From the IMG/VR virus record IMGVR_UViG_3300021082_000036, positions 1-48,272 of that record: a stretch of 48,272 nucleotides of DNA. One strand, 5' to 3'. The translations under genes and the position numbers were made by a program. Below are positions 1-8,755 of this stretch, one piece after another. Source of the stretch: a virus (taxonomy: Duplodnaviria > Caudoviricetes). The notes under the pieces were generated by a model. That model searched no databases. It saw only the letters and a list, made by a program, of their open reading frames with translations, and was not told the DNA's origin. Position 1 is the first letter of the stretch, and the number at the start of each line of letters is the position of its first letter.

Positions 1-275
1 GTCCCGGCCTCGCGCAGAAGCTGGACCGCCTGACGGATCTTGTCGAGAGGATCGCCGCTGACTTCCTCTTCGGCTGCCGACGCCTCTTCCCCGGCCATCG
101 GACCCTGGGCGAGCATGTCGGTCGAGTTCGCCCCGCCGCCGCCACCGAGCGCGGCCATCAACTCGGGAGGAAGTCCCCCTCCTCCGCCCATCTCGGGGCC
201 GAGGCCGGGACCGCCGCCCATCATGCCGGGGTCTGGGGGTGGAGCGCCCGGAGGCGGCATCATCATCTGGCTCAC
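1..275 (-). CDS. 5' part of a Gly/Pro-rich hypothetical protein spanning the window junction (continues at 48272..48149)
   Basis: GTG at 275 with GAGGAG SD upstream. Open frame MSQMMMPPPG...LREAG runs to position 1 and continues in frame at the far end (TDETDDQRSH...ALGG*). Confidence 0.75.
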   Translation of the reverse strand, partial: MSQMMMPPPGAPPPDPGMMGGGPGLGPEMGGGGGLPPELMAALGGGGGANSTDMLAQGPMAGEEASAAEEEVSGDPLDKIRQAVQLLREAG

Positions 276-329
276 GGTGACTCCTCAGTCTCGGGATCGT
301 CCCAGATCGTAGGGAATGAGCCAGACGGC

Positions 330-1949
330 TCACTCCCACTCATAGGTGGCACGATACTGCTTCCGCCGCTTCTTGACCTTCTTCCTGTTGTCGTGGGCGT
401 GGTGCCCATAGAGGCGATACAACTCCAGCACCAGGCAGAAGGCCATCACCCGGTCGTCGTTCGCTCCGTCGGCAGCCCTCGGTGAGGGAGAGACGTCGCG
501 GCGGACGAAGGTCTTGCATTCGAGGATCAGAAGCTCGGGCATGTGGGGGCAGGTCCGCTCGCGGATCCACTGCTCGGCCTGGTTGATGATCTGCGGCCTC
601 GTCTTGGTGGTGATCGGGAAGCCGTAGGTGATGTGCTGCTTGAAGTCCGGACGATCCTCGATCCGGTGGCGGTAGAGCTTCGGGTAGGGCGGTCGGCCTT
701 TCCGCCCATCCCGAAGGCTGAGGACGACAGGCTCGCCGTAGCCGCCGCCCATCTCGGGCGCGATCCGCGCCGTGTTGAACATCCGACCGAGGAAGTGCAG
801 CTGCTCGGCGAAGAGGTCGGGATCGATCCGGCAGTGGATCTCGGCGCAGATCTCGCCGTTGGTCAGGTCGATCACGTAGGCGCAGGAGTAGTCCTTGCCG
901 CGCCCGGTCGCGATGTCGGCCCCGATGGCATAGCTCCGCCCCTGGATCGGGTCGACGTAGAGGTGGATCCAGCCGTCCTTCTTCCTCGCCACCGTCGCCT
1001 TCGATCCGTCCTCGGCGACCATGAACTGGAAGCGGAACTGGGCCTTGCGCGTGTGCTGCGCGTACCAGGAGAGCGCCTCGGAGTCGAACCAGCAGCCTGC
1101 CGTGCCGAGGAAGGCATCGGCGGGGGTGAGCGGGTACTGCTCGGCGCGGTCGAACTCGGGCAGAGCCTTCGCCACCCTCGCGTACCAGTCCTCGTCTCGG
1201 CGCGGGTGGTAGTTCCAGGGCAGGAAGATCGTGTGGACGCCGCGGTCGTCGGCGTTCATCCAGAGGTCGTAGAAGGTGCCGCCGATTCCGTTCGCGGTCG
1301 AGATGATGATGATCTGACCGCCGTCGGCGATGACCGGGACGAAGGCCTTCCACCCTTCCTCCGCGTAGGCGTGTCGGGCATGCTCGTCGAGGATGACGAG
1401 CGTGGCGACCTGACCGTGCCCGGCCTTCGGGGTCGAGGGCATCGCGATCAGCGAGGAGATCTGCCCCGACGGGTGGCGCAGTTCGATCCGGGTCGATGGT
1501 CGTCCCTTCTGTGGGCGGATCACTTCAACCTCGAAGCGGAGATGCTCGGGCAGCGACTCGAACAGGTCCCAGGCCCGGTTGATCAGGACCGAGGCTTCCG
1601 TCTCGTTGATCGAGACGGCGAGCGCGTTCGTGCCCGGCGTCGTCAGTACCTTCCAGAGCGCGTAGCCGATGGCGATCCAGCTGATCCCCAGCTGCCGCGC
1701 CTTCAGGGCCAGCGTGATCTGGTTCATCCGGAAGTCGTCGAGGACGTCCCCCTGCCAGGCCCAGCCCGAGTCCTCGCTGAAGTCGAAGCTGAAGATCTCT
1801 CCCGTACGAGCGTCGGTGGCGGAGGCGTGTTCGAGCAGGAACTGGGGGGCGGTGAGCGCGGCCTCCCGCTCTCGGTCCATCTGCTCGAAGCGAGCCTTCG
1901 CGATCTCGAAGGCTTCCTGCTGCTCTTGATCGAGATCAAGCGTCGTCAT
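330..1949 (-). CDS. terL: terminase large subunit
   Basis: Walker A-like LKARQLGISW, Walker B LVILDE, coupling motif ISTANG, nuclease motifs IGADIATG and DDRVMA; next to the portal gene across the junction. Confidence 0.93.
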   Translation of the reverse strand: MTTLDLDQEQQEAFEIAKARFEQMDREREAALTAPQFLLEHASATDARTGEIFSFDFSEDSGWAWQGDVLDDFRMNQITLALKARQLGISWIAIGYALWKVLTTPGTNALAVSINETEASVLINRAWDLFESLPEHLRFEVEVIRPQKGRPSTRIELRHPSGQISSLIAMPSTPKAGHGQVATLVILDEHARHAYAEEGWKAFVPVIADGGQIIIISTANGIGGTFYDLWMNADDRGVHTIFLPWNYHPRRDEDWYARVAKALPEFDRAEQYPLTPADAFLGTAGCWFDSEALSWYAQHTRKAQFRFQFMVAEDGSKATVARKKDGWIHLYVDPIQGRSYAIGADIATGRGKDYSCAYVIDLTNGEICAEIHCRIDPDLFAEQLHFLGRMFNTARIAPEMGGGYGEPVVLSLRDGRKGRPPYPKLYRHRIEDRPDFKQHITYGFPITTKTRPQIINQAEQWIRERTCPHMPELLILECKTFVRRDVSPSPRAADGANDDRVMAFCLVLELYRLYGHHAHDNRKKVKKRRKQYRATYEWE

Positions 1950-2080
1950 TGGCGTCTAGACTAGACCCTTACCCACACAGACGTGAGCCAGGGTCGCCTC
2001 TGAGGGGACCCGTCGCCGCTACGCACTGGTGCCTCTAAGGATCGACCCCGGCTCTCCGTCCGACTATCGGAGGTGACCCG

Positions 2081-2458
2081 ATGAGAACGATTCTACTCGC
2101 GTTCGCAATAGTGGTCGTGCTTGCGTTCGCCAGCACGGCGGGAGCGGACAACTACGGCACCAACTCGGCCCAGTACGCGAAGTCGAAGGCAATGGTGATG
2201 AAGACGTTCGGCCCCCGCTACGGCCCGACGATGGTGCGCTGCATGAACCGCGAGTCCGGCGGCAACCCCCGCGCCTCGAACTGGGGCGACTCGAACGGCG
2301 GCAGCTTCGGCCTCCTGCAGCTGAACGGCGTCCACCGCTGGCGGAGCGAATCGATGGCACAGTTCCGTGCCAGGATGTGGAACCCGGTCACGCACCTGAT
2401 CGCCGCGAAGCGACTCTTCGACGGCTCGGGTCTTGGCCCTTGGGGAGGAGGATGTTGA
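2081..2458 (+). CDS. secreted lysozyme-like transglycosylase (Rpf/SLT-like)
   Basis: Signal peptide MRTILLAFAIVVVLAFASTAGA; catalytic RESGGN, GLLQ and C-terminal GLGPW motifs; GGAGG SD. Confidence 0.8.
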   Translation: MRTILLAFAIVVVLAFASTAGADNYGTNSAQYAKSKAMVMKTFGPRYGPTMVRCMNRESGGNPRASNWGDSNGGSFGLLQLNGVHRWRSESMAQFRARMWNPVTHLIAAKRLFDGSGLGPWGGGC

Positions 2459-2757
2459 TGACGGAGTTCGTGAAGAAGCCCATCGTGATCCAGGCGGTGC
2501 AGTGGCTCGGTGACGCAGAGGCGCTGTCGGAGCTTGGCAACGGCGGCGAGATCACCGTGTCCGGCGAGAACCTCCTGATCGAGACTCGCGAAGGGACGAT
2601 GATGGCCGACCTCGGCGACTGGATCATCCGCGGGATCGCGGGAGAGGTCTACCCGTGCAAGCCCGAGATCTTCGAGGCCTCCTACGAGGAGGTCAGTCCA
2701 CCGAGCGGAGAAGCCGCAGGAGAGCCTGCCATTCCTGCTGCCCTCCCTTCAGCCTGA
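2458..2757 (+). CDS. conserved small phage protein (KKPxVIxAVQW...GDWII.G..GE.YPCKP type)
   Basis: Recognisable widespread phage protein motif; ATG overlaps the upstream stop. Confidence 0.7.
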   Translation: MTEFVKKPIVIQAVQWLGDAEALSELGNGGEITVSGENLLIETREGTMMADLGDWIIRGIAGEVYPCKPEIFEASYEEVSPPSGEAAGEPAIPAALPSA

Positions 2758-2989
2758 AGATCTCGCGCTGAGAGGGAGTCGATAGACCGGGGGTGAGGGC
2801 GGCGAGAAGCGCGAACGCCGCTCTCGCCCCTCCTCCGTTGTTCGGCATCACGACGAGGCCGCTTCCGACCAGCTGTCCAGCCTGGTTGTTGTTCAGGTTG
2901 ACCCCGTCCTTGCGTGAGAAGGCGGCGTAGGGGCCACCCGTCCCGGCGACCTGCGCGTCGGTCGGGTTGAGGACGGTGAAGAGAGGCAC
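2693..2989 (-). CDS. hypothetical protein
   Basis: Part of a tightly packed minus-strand operon with start/stop overlaps. Confidence 0.55.
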   Translation of the reverse strand: MPLFTVLNPTDAQVAGTGGPYAAFSRKDGVNLNNNQAGQLVGSGLVVMPNNGGGARAAFALLAALTPGLSTPSQREIFRLKGGQQEWQALLRLLRSVD

Positions 2990-3225
2990 TACGGCTCCTG
3001 CACGATGGGCAGGACGAGATCTCGCAGCCCGTGCGCCTGGCCCCAGTGGAAGATGCAGAGGTTCTCGGCGGTGGTGTTGACCCCGTTCACCGAGGTGACG
3101 AGCTTGCGACCGCAGGGCGAGTTGTTGATCGCGTCCGCGAACGGCAGCGCCTGGGCCGAAGGAGTCGTCCAGGGCGGGTTCGCGACGGGTGCCCTGGTTC
3201 CCCGCGCCAGCGCAGCGCAGGGCAT
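2989..3225 (-). CDS. hypothetical protein
   Basis: Start and stop overlap both neighbours. Confidence 0.55.
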   Translation of the reverse strand: MPCAALARGTRAPVANPPWTTPSAQALPFADAINNSPCGRKLVTSVNGVNTTAENLCIFHWGQAHGLRDLVLPIVQEP

Positions 3226-3458
3226 CAGGACTTGACCTCGGTCTGCTCCTTCTTCACCGCGGCAGGCTTCTTCGGAGCGGGGGCCTTGCGCTTGACGGGA
3301 GGCTCATAGCCCTCAACCCGGACCAGCGTCTCGCCGTGGCCGAAGGCCTGGATGAAGTGCATCGAGCAGTACTCCTGGCCGTCGGGGCCGATCCAGCGAG
3401 CCTCGGAGGGATCGCCGAGAGAGGCCTGCCGCGCCACGCACGTCGGGCAGGGACTCAT
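3225..3458 (-). CDS. small Cys-containing hypothetical protein
   Basis: ATG at 3458 overlaps the upstream stop; CPTC...YCSMH motif and Lys-rich tail. Confidence 0.6.
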   Translation of the reverse strand: MSPCPTCVARQASLGDPSEARWIGPDGQEYCSMHFIQAFGHGETLVRVEGYEPPVKRKAPAPKKPAAVKKEQTEVKS

Positions 3459-3856
3459 ACCACTGCCACCTTCGCGTTGCCGAGGACCTCCGTCGTGTTG
3501 ATCGCGACGGAGAGGCTCCTCGTCCCCGCTCCCGCCCACGTCACCGGGTCAAGCTCGTCGGTGGCGATGGGAGTCGTGGCCGGGGTGCCCAGTTCGATGG
3601 TGATCGTGGCCGGGGTCGCTCCGCCGACGTTCATCGCGAGCGCGACGTGCGGCGTCTGCTGCGTCGTCTCGATGCAGTAGATCCCGAGCGCGTTGCGGAG
3701 GTTCCCCTTGCCCTGCCTACCGCGCCCACCCGTCTGCCGCTTGCAGCCGCCGGGAGCGTTCGCGTTCGCGCTGATCTTGTTCAGCGCGTCGGTGCGTAGC
3801 CCGGCGGGGAGCTTGAGGATCGAGCTTCGTTCCTTGGCTGCGGTCAGTGGTGGCAT
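3455..3856 (-). CDS. hypothetical protein
   Basis: GGAGG SD; coupled to the upstream holin-like gene. Confidence 0.6.
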   Translation of the reverse strand: MPPLTAAKERSSILKLPAGLRTDALNKISANANAPGGCKRQTGGRGRQGKGNLRNALGIYCIETTQQTPHVALAMNVGGATPATITIELGTPATTPIATDELDPVTWAGAGTRSLSVAINTTEVLGNAKVAVV

Positions 3857-4074
3857 CAGTCCTCCTGGTTGTCCACAGAATGATCATCGGAGGGTCGGAC
3901 GACAGGCTCCTCGTCCCGATCCCTACTGAGCAGGCGCTCCTTCATCTCGTCAATCCCCTCCAGGCGACCGACCTTCTGCGACAGCGTCCATACCCCGCGC
4001 AGGATCGCGCCAACCACGATGACGAGCAGCGCGGTGACGGCGTCGTTGGCAGCACCCCAGTCGAAGGCAAGCAT
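3856..4074 (-). CDS. putative holin / small membrane protein
   Basis: One N-terminal TM helix (VTALLVIVVGAIL), charged C-terminus, directly downstream of the endolysin. Confidence 0.5.
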   Translation of the reverse strand: MLAFDWGAANDAVTALLVIVVGAILRGVWTLSQKVGRLEGIDEMKERLLSRDRDEEPVVRPSDDHSVDNQED

Positions 4075-4166
4075 CCATCAAGGATGCCGTCAGAGTCGGA
4101 AGGTGGCCGTTTCCAGTTCGGGATCCCTGCTACAGCCCACGGCCAAAGCTCTCGCGGTGACGAATC

Positions 4167-4937
4167 CTAGTGGTCTTGGAACTGCTTCCGGATCGTCGGG
4201 ATGCCGGACACGGAGTAGTTCGTCCCGTGCTTCAACTCCTTACCCTTCCCCCACAGCTGCTCGACGTTGACGCCGAGGTGGAGGTGCGGCGTGTAGCCCG
4301 AGAACTGGCCCACCTTGCCGACGGTCGCGCCCTTACCGATGATCTTGCCGACCGCGGGGGCCGACACCATGTGCCCGAACCAGTACTTGATTCCGCTCAC
4401 GCCCTCGGCGTAGCAGGCATCGCCGGGACTCGACGAGGAGGCCTTGTAGATCTCGATCTTCTCGGGGGCGATGATCGTGCAGCCGGGAGTCCAGACCGTG
4501 TCGGTGGCGGGGAAGAGGGCGATCCCGCTCGTCGCGTGTGAGAGAGCGAAGTCGAGCAGCGAGGCTCCGCCCTTCTCCAGCGGCCCGAGGTCGGGGACCT
4601 TCTTGCCCTGATCGGAGGCGTACTCGGTCTGCACCTGATTGATCGCCACCGAGTCGAGCGCCTGCTCTCCAGCATGGCTCCCGGTCTTGACGACCGCAGC
4701 GCGGATCTTGTCGTAGCGCCCGGTCCCGTAGCCATTCTTGCCTGGATCCCATTCGTCCAGAGCCGCCTCCAGCTTCTTGTTGAAGGCGTTGTCCCAGACG
4801 TCCGGCTCCCATGGCAGGAAGCCTAGACGGGACATCGCTCGCTTCAGCGCGAGCGCCGTGTTGCCCTTGTGCTTGCCGTCACCCTCGACCGAGTACGGCC
4901 CGGTGTAGGGGAACTCACTCTTGGCGATGGTCGCCAT
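4167..4937 (-). CDS. putative endolysin (peptidoglycan-binding-like N-terminus plus M23-like peptidase)
   Basis: M23-type motifs YWFGHM, G..VGKVG and PHLHLG; adjacent to a holin-like gene. Confidence 0.65.
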   Translation of the reverse strand: MATIAKSEFPYTGPYSVEGDGKHKGNTALALKRAMSRLGFLPWEPDVWDNAFNKKLEAALDEWDPGKNGYGTGRYDKIRAAVVKTGSHAGEQALDSVAINQVQTEYASDQGKKVPDLGPLEKGGASLLDFALSHATSGIALFPATDTVWTPGCTIIAPEKIEIYKASSSSPGDACYAEGVSGIKYWFGHMVSAPAVGKIIGKGATVGKVGQFSGYTPHLHLGVNVEQLWGKGKELKHGTNYSVSGIPTIRKQFQDH

Positions 4938-5206
4938 CAGGATCCGGCTTGAGCGGCGGTGATGACTTCCTTCAGCGTTCCCGCGCAGGCGGCGGAGCAG
5001 TAGACCTGCTCCCCGACCGTGATCGGCATCGGGAACGGAGGCGGCAGCGAAGGGCCGTCCTTCGTCGCGGGAGCGGCGGGTGGCGTCACCTGGGTCGACG
5101 CGGTGACCCGGATCCAGCCGTCGTAGGACTTGGGGTCGAGGTCATTCCCTGGACACTTCGGGTTGTCGCACTCGATCTTGATCACGGTCTTGCTCGTCAC
5201 GCCCAT
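4937..5206 (-). CDS. hypothetical Zn-binding protein
   Basis: CDNPKC and YCSAAC Cys pairs; AGGAGG SD. Confidence 0.6.
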   Translation of the reverse strand: MGVTSKTVIKIECDNPKCPGNDLDPKSYDGWIRVTASTQVTPPAAPATKDGPSLPPPFPMPITVGEQVYCSAACAGTLKEVITAAQAGS

Positions 5207-5272
5207 CGTCGGCCTCCTTCAGGACGGCTCGGATCCATGCCTCCAGCAGGAGGTCTGAGTCGAGCGTCTGGC

Positions 5273-5689
5273 TCAGGTGTTCTGCAGTTGCGTTGCCCAT
5301 GGCTCATCGGCTCCCATACTCGCAGAGAAGTCGGCCAGAGTGAACTCCCTTACCCTCGGCTGCCAGCGCATCGCTACGCCTCCCCGCTTCAGCTTCACCT
5401 TGCGCCAGCCCCATAGCTCCAGCTTCGCTCCCGGCGTCGAGAGCCAGTCGACGGACTCCTGGGCACGCTCCTCCAGGATCTTGCGCTCATGGGCAGCGAA
5501 GTCGGAGCCGCAGGACTGGATCCCGACGACGCCTCTCTCTGGATCGAGGGCGATGATGTCGATGATCCCGAACAGGTCCTGCCTGATCCCGTGCGGCCCG
5601 ACGTGGGCGTTGTAGCGCTCGACGATCCCGCAGACGCGGCCCTGGTCCTTGAGCGCCCGGATCGTCCGCTGGGTCGGTGAAGTACTCAC
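5273..5689 (-). CDS. PD-(D/E)XK-like endonuclease (Holliday-junction resolvase/VRR-NUC-like)
   Basis: QDLFGIIDIIAL...GIQ motif and ELWGWRK; GTG start overlaps the upstream stop. Confidence 0.55.
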   Translation of the reverse strand: MSTSPTQRTIRALKDQGRVCGIVERYNAHVGPHGIRQDLFGIIDIIALDPERGVVGIQSCGSDFAAHERKILEERAQESVDWLSTPGAKLELWGWRKVKLKRGGVAMRWQPRVREFTLADFSASMGADEPWATQLQNT

Positions 5690-5886
5690 TCCGTCGCGTA
5701 GGTGAAGACGACCGCCTTCTTGGCCCACATCGACGTCTCCTCCAGCTTCGTCAGAGCCAGAGAGCGGAAGCGGGACTCGGGAAGCTGGTGGAGCATGTCG
5801 TTGACGTTCAACATCTGCCGCGTCACCTCGTCCAGCATCTCGGCCTGCTCTTCGTTCGGCGCTCGGTTCGTGAACAGATCCTCCAT
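5686..5886 (-). CDS. Acb2/Tad1-type helical-hairpin protein (candidate immune-signal sponge)
   Basis: C-terminal PESRFRSLALTKLEETSMWAKKAV resembles the SRE..(L/C)ALT.(L/V)EEA.MW hairpin of Tad1/Acb2-like proteins. Confidence 0.55.
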   Translation of the reverse strand: MEDLFTNRAPNEEQAEMLDEVTRQMLNVNDMLHQLPESRFRSLALTKLEETSMWAKKAVVFTYATE

Positions 5887-5933
5887 CGTGTCCTCTCGTC
5901 AGAGTGGAAGAGGGGAGCGGCGGCTCCCCCCTG

Positions 5934-6173
5934 TTACTTCTCCTCGGCCTTCTCGCTCTTCTTGGCCTCGGCTGCTGCAGCCTTCGCGGCCTTCTCCTCG
6001 GCCTCCGCCTCCTCCTCTACGGAGGGGCGTCCGCTCCGTTCGCGAGCGGCGTTCTCCTCCGCCAGCGCCCGTGCGTCCTCCGCCTCGCGAGCCTCCTGCA
6101 CCCGCTCGACGTAGGCCTCGGGGTCCTCCTCCTGCTGGACCTCGATCTCCGCCTCGGTCAGTTCATCCGTCAT
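5934..6173 (-). CDS. acidic, Glu/Ala-rich hypothetical protein
   Basis: GGAGGAGGT SD before ATG at 6173; low-complexity helical sequence. Confidence 0.65.
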   Translation of the reverse strand: MTDELTEAEIEVQQEEDPEAYVERVQEAREAEDARALAEENAARERSGRPSVEEEAEAEEKAAKAAAAEAKKSEKAEEK

Positions 6174-6235
6174 CTGTGTCACCTCCTCCGAGTGAGTGGG
6201 GGGCGAGGCCGAAGCCCCGCCCCCGACATCATTCC

Positions 6236-7303
6236 CTACGCGCAGTAGACGTACACAGTTCCGGAGAGCGCGGCTCCCGAGGACTGCTTGATCGTCCATG
6301 CGTTCGTGCCCGTCGGTGCGCCTGCCGCGTTCGAGCGGTAGGAGGCAGTGACCGATCCCTGGATGTCGAAGCCACCCGAGATCGCCTGCTTGCCAGCCGG
6401 ACAGGTGACGGTGAACTGCTTCTCTCCCGTCGCCGTGCCGCCCGTGACCGTCTCCAGGGATCCGATGTCCCCGGTATCACCCTTCGGGCCAGCAGGGCCT
6501 GCCGGGCCAGCGGGACCCGCGGGACCAGCCGGGCCAGTGGCTCCAGAGTCGCCCTTCGGCCCCGCGGGACCTGTTGCACCAGCAGGGCCAGCCGCACCAG
6601 CCGCGCCAGTGTCACCCTTCGGGCCTGCGGGACCAGCGGCCCCGGTAGCGCCCGTCTCACCCTTCGCACCAGCAGGGCCAGTGGCACCGACGGCTCCTGC
6701 CGCTCCGGTGTCGCCCTTCGGGCCAGCCGGGCCGACGGCACCCGCCGCTCCGGTGTCGCCCTTGGCACCAGCGGGACCCGTAGCGCCTGTCGCGCCCGTG
6801 TCGCCCTTGGCACCAGTGGCTCCCGTCTCGCCCTTGGCTCCGGTCGCTCCAACAGCACCAGTAGCTCCGGTTTCACCCTTCGCTCCCGCTGCTCCCGTCG
6901 CTCCCGTCTCGCCCTTCGGGCCTACTGCGCCAGCGGCCCCAGTTGCTCCGATAGCACCCGTCGCACCCGCCACGCCCTGGGCACCCGCAGAGCCGTTGGC
7001 CCCCTTCTCGCCCTGAGGGCCTGCCGGACCCCTCGGCCCCGAGACGGCTACTCCGTCGCGGCGGTTCTCCCAGGGACGGCACTTCTCGTCCTTCGACACC
7101 GAGCGAACCACTCCCGCCCGGAGGATCGAGAGCCGAAGCTCGGGAGACGTCGTCTGCTGACCACGCTGCACGGGCTGCAAGAAGCGCTTGCCGATGCAGA
7201 AAGGCCCGGCGAGTCGACGCCCCTGGTCGCTTGTCGCCGCGGTCGTCGATCCGACCATGATGACCGCACAGAGCGCGGCCAGGAACACGTACCACTTCTT
7301 CAT
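6236..7303 (-). CDS. secreted collagen-like protein
   Basis: Signal peptide [22 protein letters not shown]; long uninterrupted Gly-X-Y run; C-terminal [11 protein letters not shown]...VYCA domain. Confidence 0.85.
   Translation of the reverse strand: MKKWYVFLAALCAVIMVGSTTAATSDQGRRLAGPFCIGKRFLQPVQRGQQTTSPELRLSILRAGVVRSVSKDEKCRPWENRRDGVAVSGPRGPAGPQGEKGANGSAGAQGVAGATGAIGATGAAGAVGPKGETGATGAAGAKGETGATGAVGATGAKGETGATGAKGDTGATGATGPAGAKGDTGAAGAVGPAGPKGDTGAAGAVGATGPAGAKGETGATGAAGPAGPKGDTGAAGAAGPAGATGPAGPKGDSGATGPAGPAGPAGPAGPAGPKGDTGDIGSLETVTGGTATGEKQFTVTCPAGKQAISGGFDIQGSVTASYRSNAAGAPTGTNAWTIKQSSGAALSGTVYVYCA
6466..7041 (-). repeat. Gly-X-Y collagen repeat tract
   Basis: Repeated [11 protein letters not shown] / GAKGETGAT units. 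Confidence 0.9.
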
Positions 7304-7339
7304 CTTCCCCTCCTCGTTGGGTACTTCATTGTGCGCTCT

Positions 7340-7813
7340 TCACAGGCTCGTCATCTCCCCGCAGACGTAGCCTCGATAGCGAAGGCGCAGGGTACGGTCA
7401 GCCCGGATTCGGCGCTGACCATCTTGATCGCGCAGCCCCTCGACATCAAGGTTGGCGCGAACGAACTCGTCCTCGGTGAGCGAGAGGTTCGCTCTCGCCA
7501 CAGGCCGCGGGATGCCGCCGTAGATCACGTAGTGCTGACCGATCACGGGCCGCTGATCGGGCTTCAAGGCGCGAAGCTCGCGAAGCTCGACCGAATCCGG
7601 CGGCAGTGAGGGGTCGACGACCACCGGAAGCCCGAATGCCTCCTCCTCGGGCCAATCTCCCGGCTCAATCGGCGGCTCGTCGGCCAGAATCGGCGCGAGA
7701 GCCGGGATTTCGGCCACCAGAGCCTCGGATTCGGCCTCTGAGAGCGGTCCGGGGTCGTTGGAGGGGTCATCGAGGCCCGGATAGCCCTCGATCAGGCTGT
7801 CGAACTCGCTCAT
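7340..7813 (-). CDS. hypothetical protein with acidic Pro-rich N-terminus
   Basis: ATG at 7813 overlaps the stop of the upstream small gene. Confidence 0.55.
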   Translation of the reverse strand: MSEFDSLIEGYPGLDDPSNDPGPLSEAESEALVAEIPALAPILADEPPIEPGDWPEEEAFGLPVVVDPSLPPDSVELRELRALKPDQRPVIGQHYVIYGGIPRPVARANLSLTEDEFVRANLDVEGLRDQDGQRRIRADRTLRLRYRGYVCGEMTSL

Positions 7814-7932
7814 CGGGGCGTGATCCGGCCCAGAGCATGCTTGACGAGGCCCCGAACCCACTCGGCTGGGTCTTTCCCGGCCTCACGGAGCTTCTTCTCG
7901 TCGTCCTTGTTGACGTACACGGAGATCTTCAT
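7810..7932 (-). CDS. small ribbon-helix-helix-like DNA-binding protein
   Basis: MKISVYVNKDDEKKLREAGKDPAEWVRGLVKHAL: alternating beta-strand followed by two helices; divergent from 7982. Confidence 0.45.
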   Translation of the reverse strand: MKISVYVNKDDEKKLREAGKDPAEWVRGLVKHALGRITPR

Positions 7933-7981
7933 TCCAGTAGCATACAGGTGTTTGGTACCCCACGTACACGGAGGGATGAGA

Positions 7982-8410
7982 ATGGCTCGACAGCCGAAGA
8001 AGGAGGCGGTGAGGGAGATCGAAGGGATCCCCGGCACGGTCACGCACGGCTTCAAGGAGCAGCCGATCATCGAGCAGAAGATGCCCGAGAACGTGAGACG
8101 GGCCTTCGAGGAGAACCGGATAGACCCCTCCTCGCTCTCGATCTTCACGATGGGGCCATGCTCGATCTTCGTCGGCCTCGAACCCGCCGCGGTGGACGGC
8201 TCACACCTCTGGCACCTGACGATCTCCTGCCCCTCGCGCCACCCAACCTGGGACGAGATCAAGGTCGCTCGCTACCGCCTCGTCCCGCACCACGTCTGCA
8301 TGGCGATGCTGCTGCCACCGCCCGAGTTCTACGTCAACGTGCCCGAGCAAGACCACGTCTTCCAGCTGTGGGAAGTCACCGACCCCAGGCAGCCATGGAC
8401 AACTGGCTAG
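7982..8410 (+). CDS. conserved phage hypothetical protein (H.S.S...R.PTWDE...H...LWE type)
   Basis: Motif WHLTISCPSRHPTWDEIK...LLPPPEFYVNV...HVFQLWE; ACACGGAGG RBS. Confidence 0.7.
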   Translation: MARQPKKEAVREIEGIPGTVTHGFKEQPIIEQKMPENVRRAFEENRIDPSSLSIFTMGPCSIFVGLEPAAVDGSHLWHLTISCPSRHPTWDEIKVARYRLVPHHVCMAMLLPPPEFYVNVPEQDHVFQLWEVTDPRQPWTTG

Positions 8411-8496
8411 CCGACGGTGTCGATCCCGAAGCAGAAGATCAAGATCAAGGCCGCTGCGATCAGCGCCAACATCACGTCCTGAAAGGTGAGGTTCAC
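8407..8496 (-). CDS. 29-aa hydrophobic peptide
   Basis: GGAGG SD 9 nt before GTG; MNLTFQDVMLALIAAALILIFCFGIDTVG; exactly fills the gap between two plus-strand genes. Confidence 0.4.
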   Translation of the reverse strand: MNLTFQDVMLALIAAALILIFCFGIDTVG

Positions 8497-8497
8497 G

Positions 8498-8755
8498 ATG
8501 ACATCCCTCCATCTCGTAGGTGAAGATGACCTTACCCCGATGCCCGGCTGTCCACTCCTCTGTCGCCTCGGCCTGCACAAGTGGGAGGCCCTGAACGAAC
8601 ACGTCCAGCGGATAGAAGACGGCGTCTGGTTCGACCGCACCTGGAACCGCTGCAGCCGCGAAGGCTGCCCCAAGTCGGAGTGGTGGCGCTGCTACGACGT
8701 CGAGAAGTCACGCTGGCAGATGCCGTACGAGGACCCGGTCGAGCGGCACCTCTAG
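8498..8755 (+). CDS. hypothetical protein (LCRLGLHKW...C..C type)
   Basis: Cys/His motif typical of small phage proteins; GAGG SD. Confidence 0.55.
   Translation: MTSLHLVGEDDLTPMPGCPLLCRLGLHKWEALNEHVQRIEDGVWFDRTWNRCSREGCPKSEWWRCYDVEKSRWQMPYEDPVERHL

Noticed and set aside
6466-7041. CCC-TTC-GGG hairpin-like hits in the collagen gene
   Set aside because: They are explained by repeated Gly-Pro-Lys-Gly codons and are not counted in the hairpin field.
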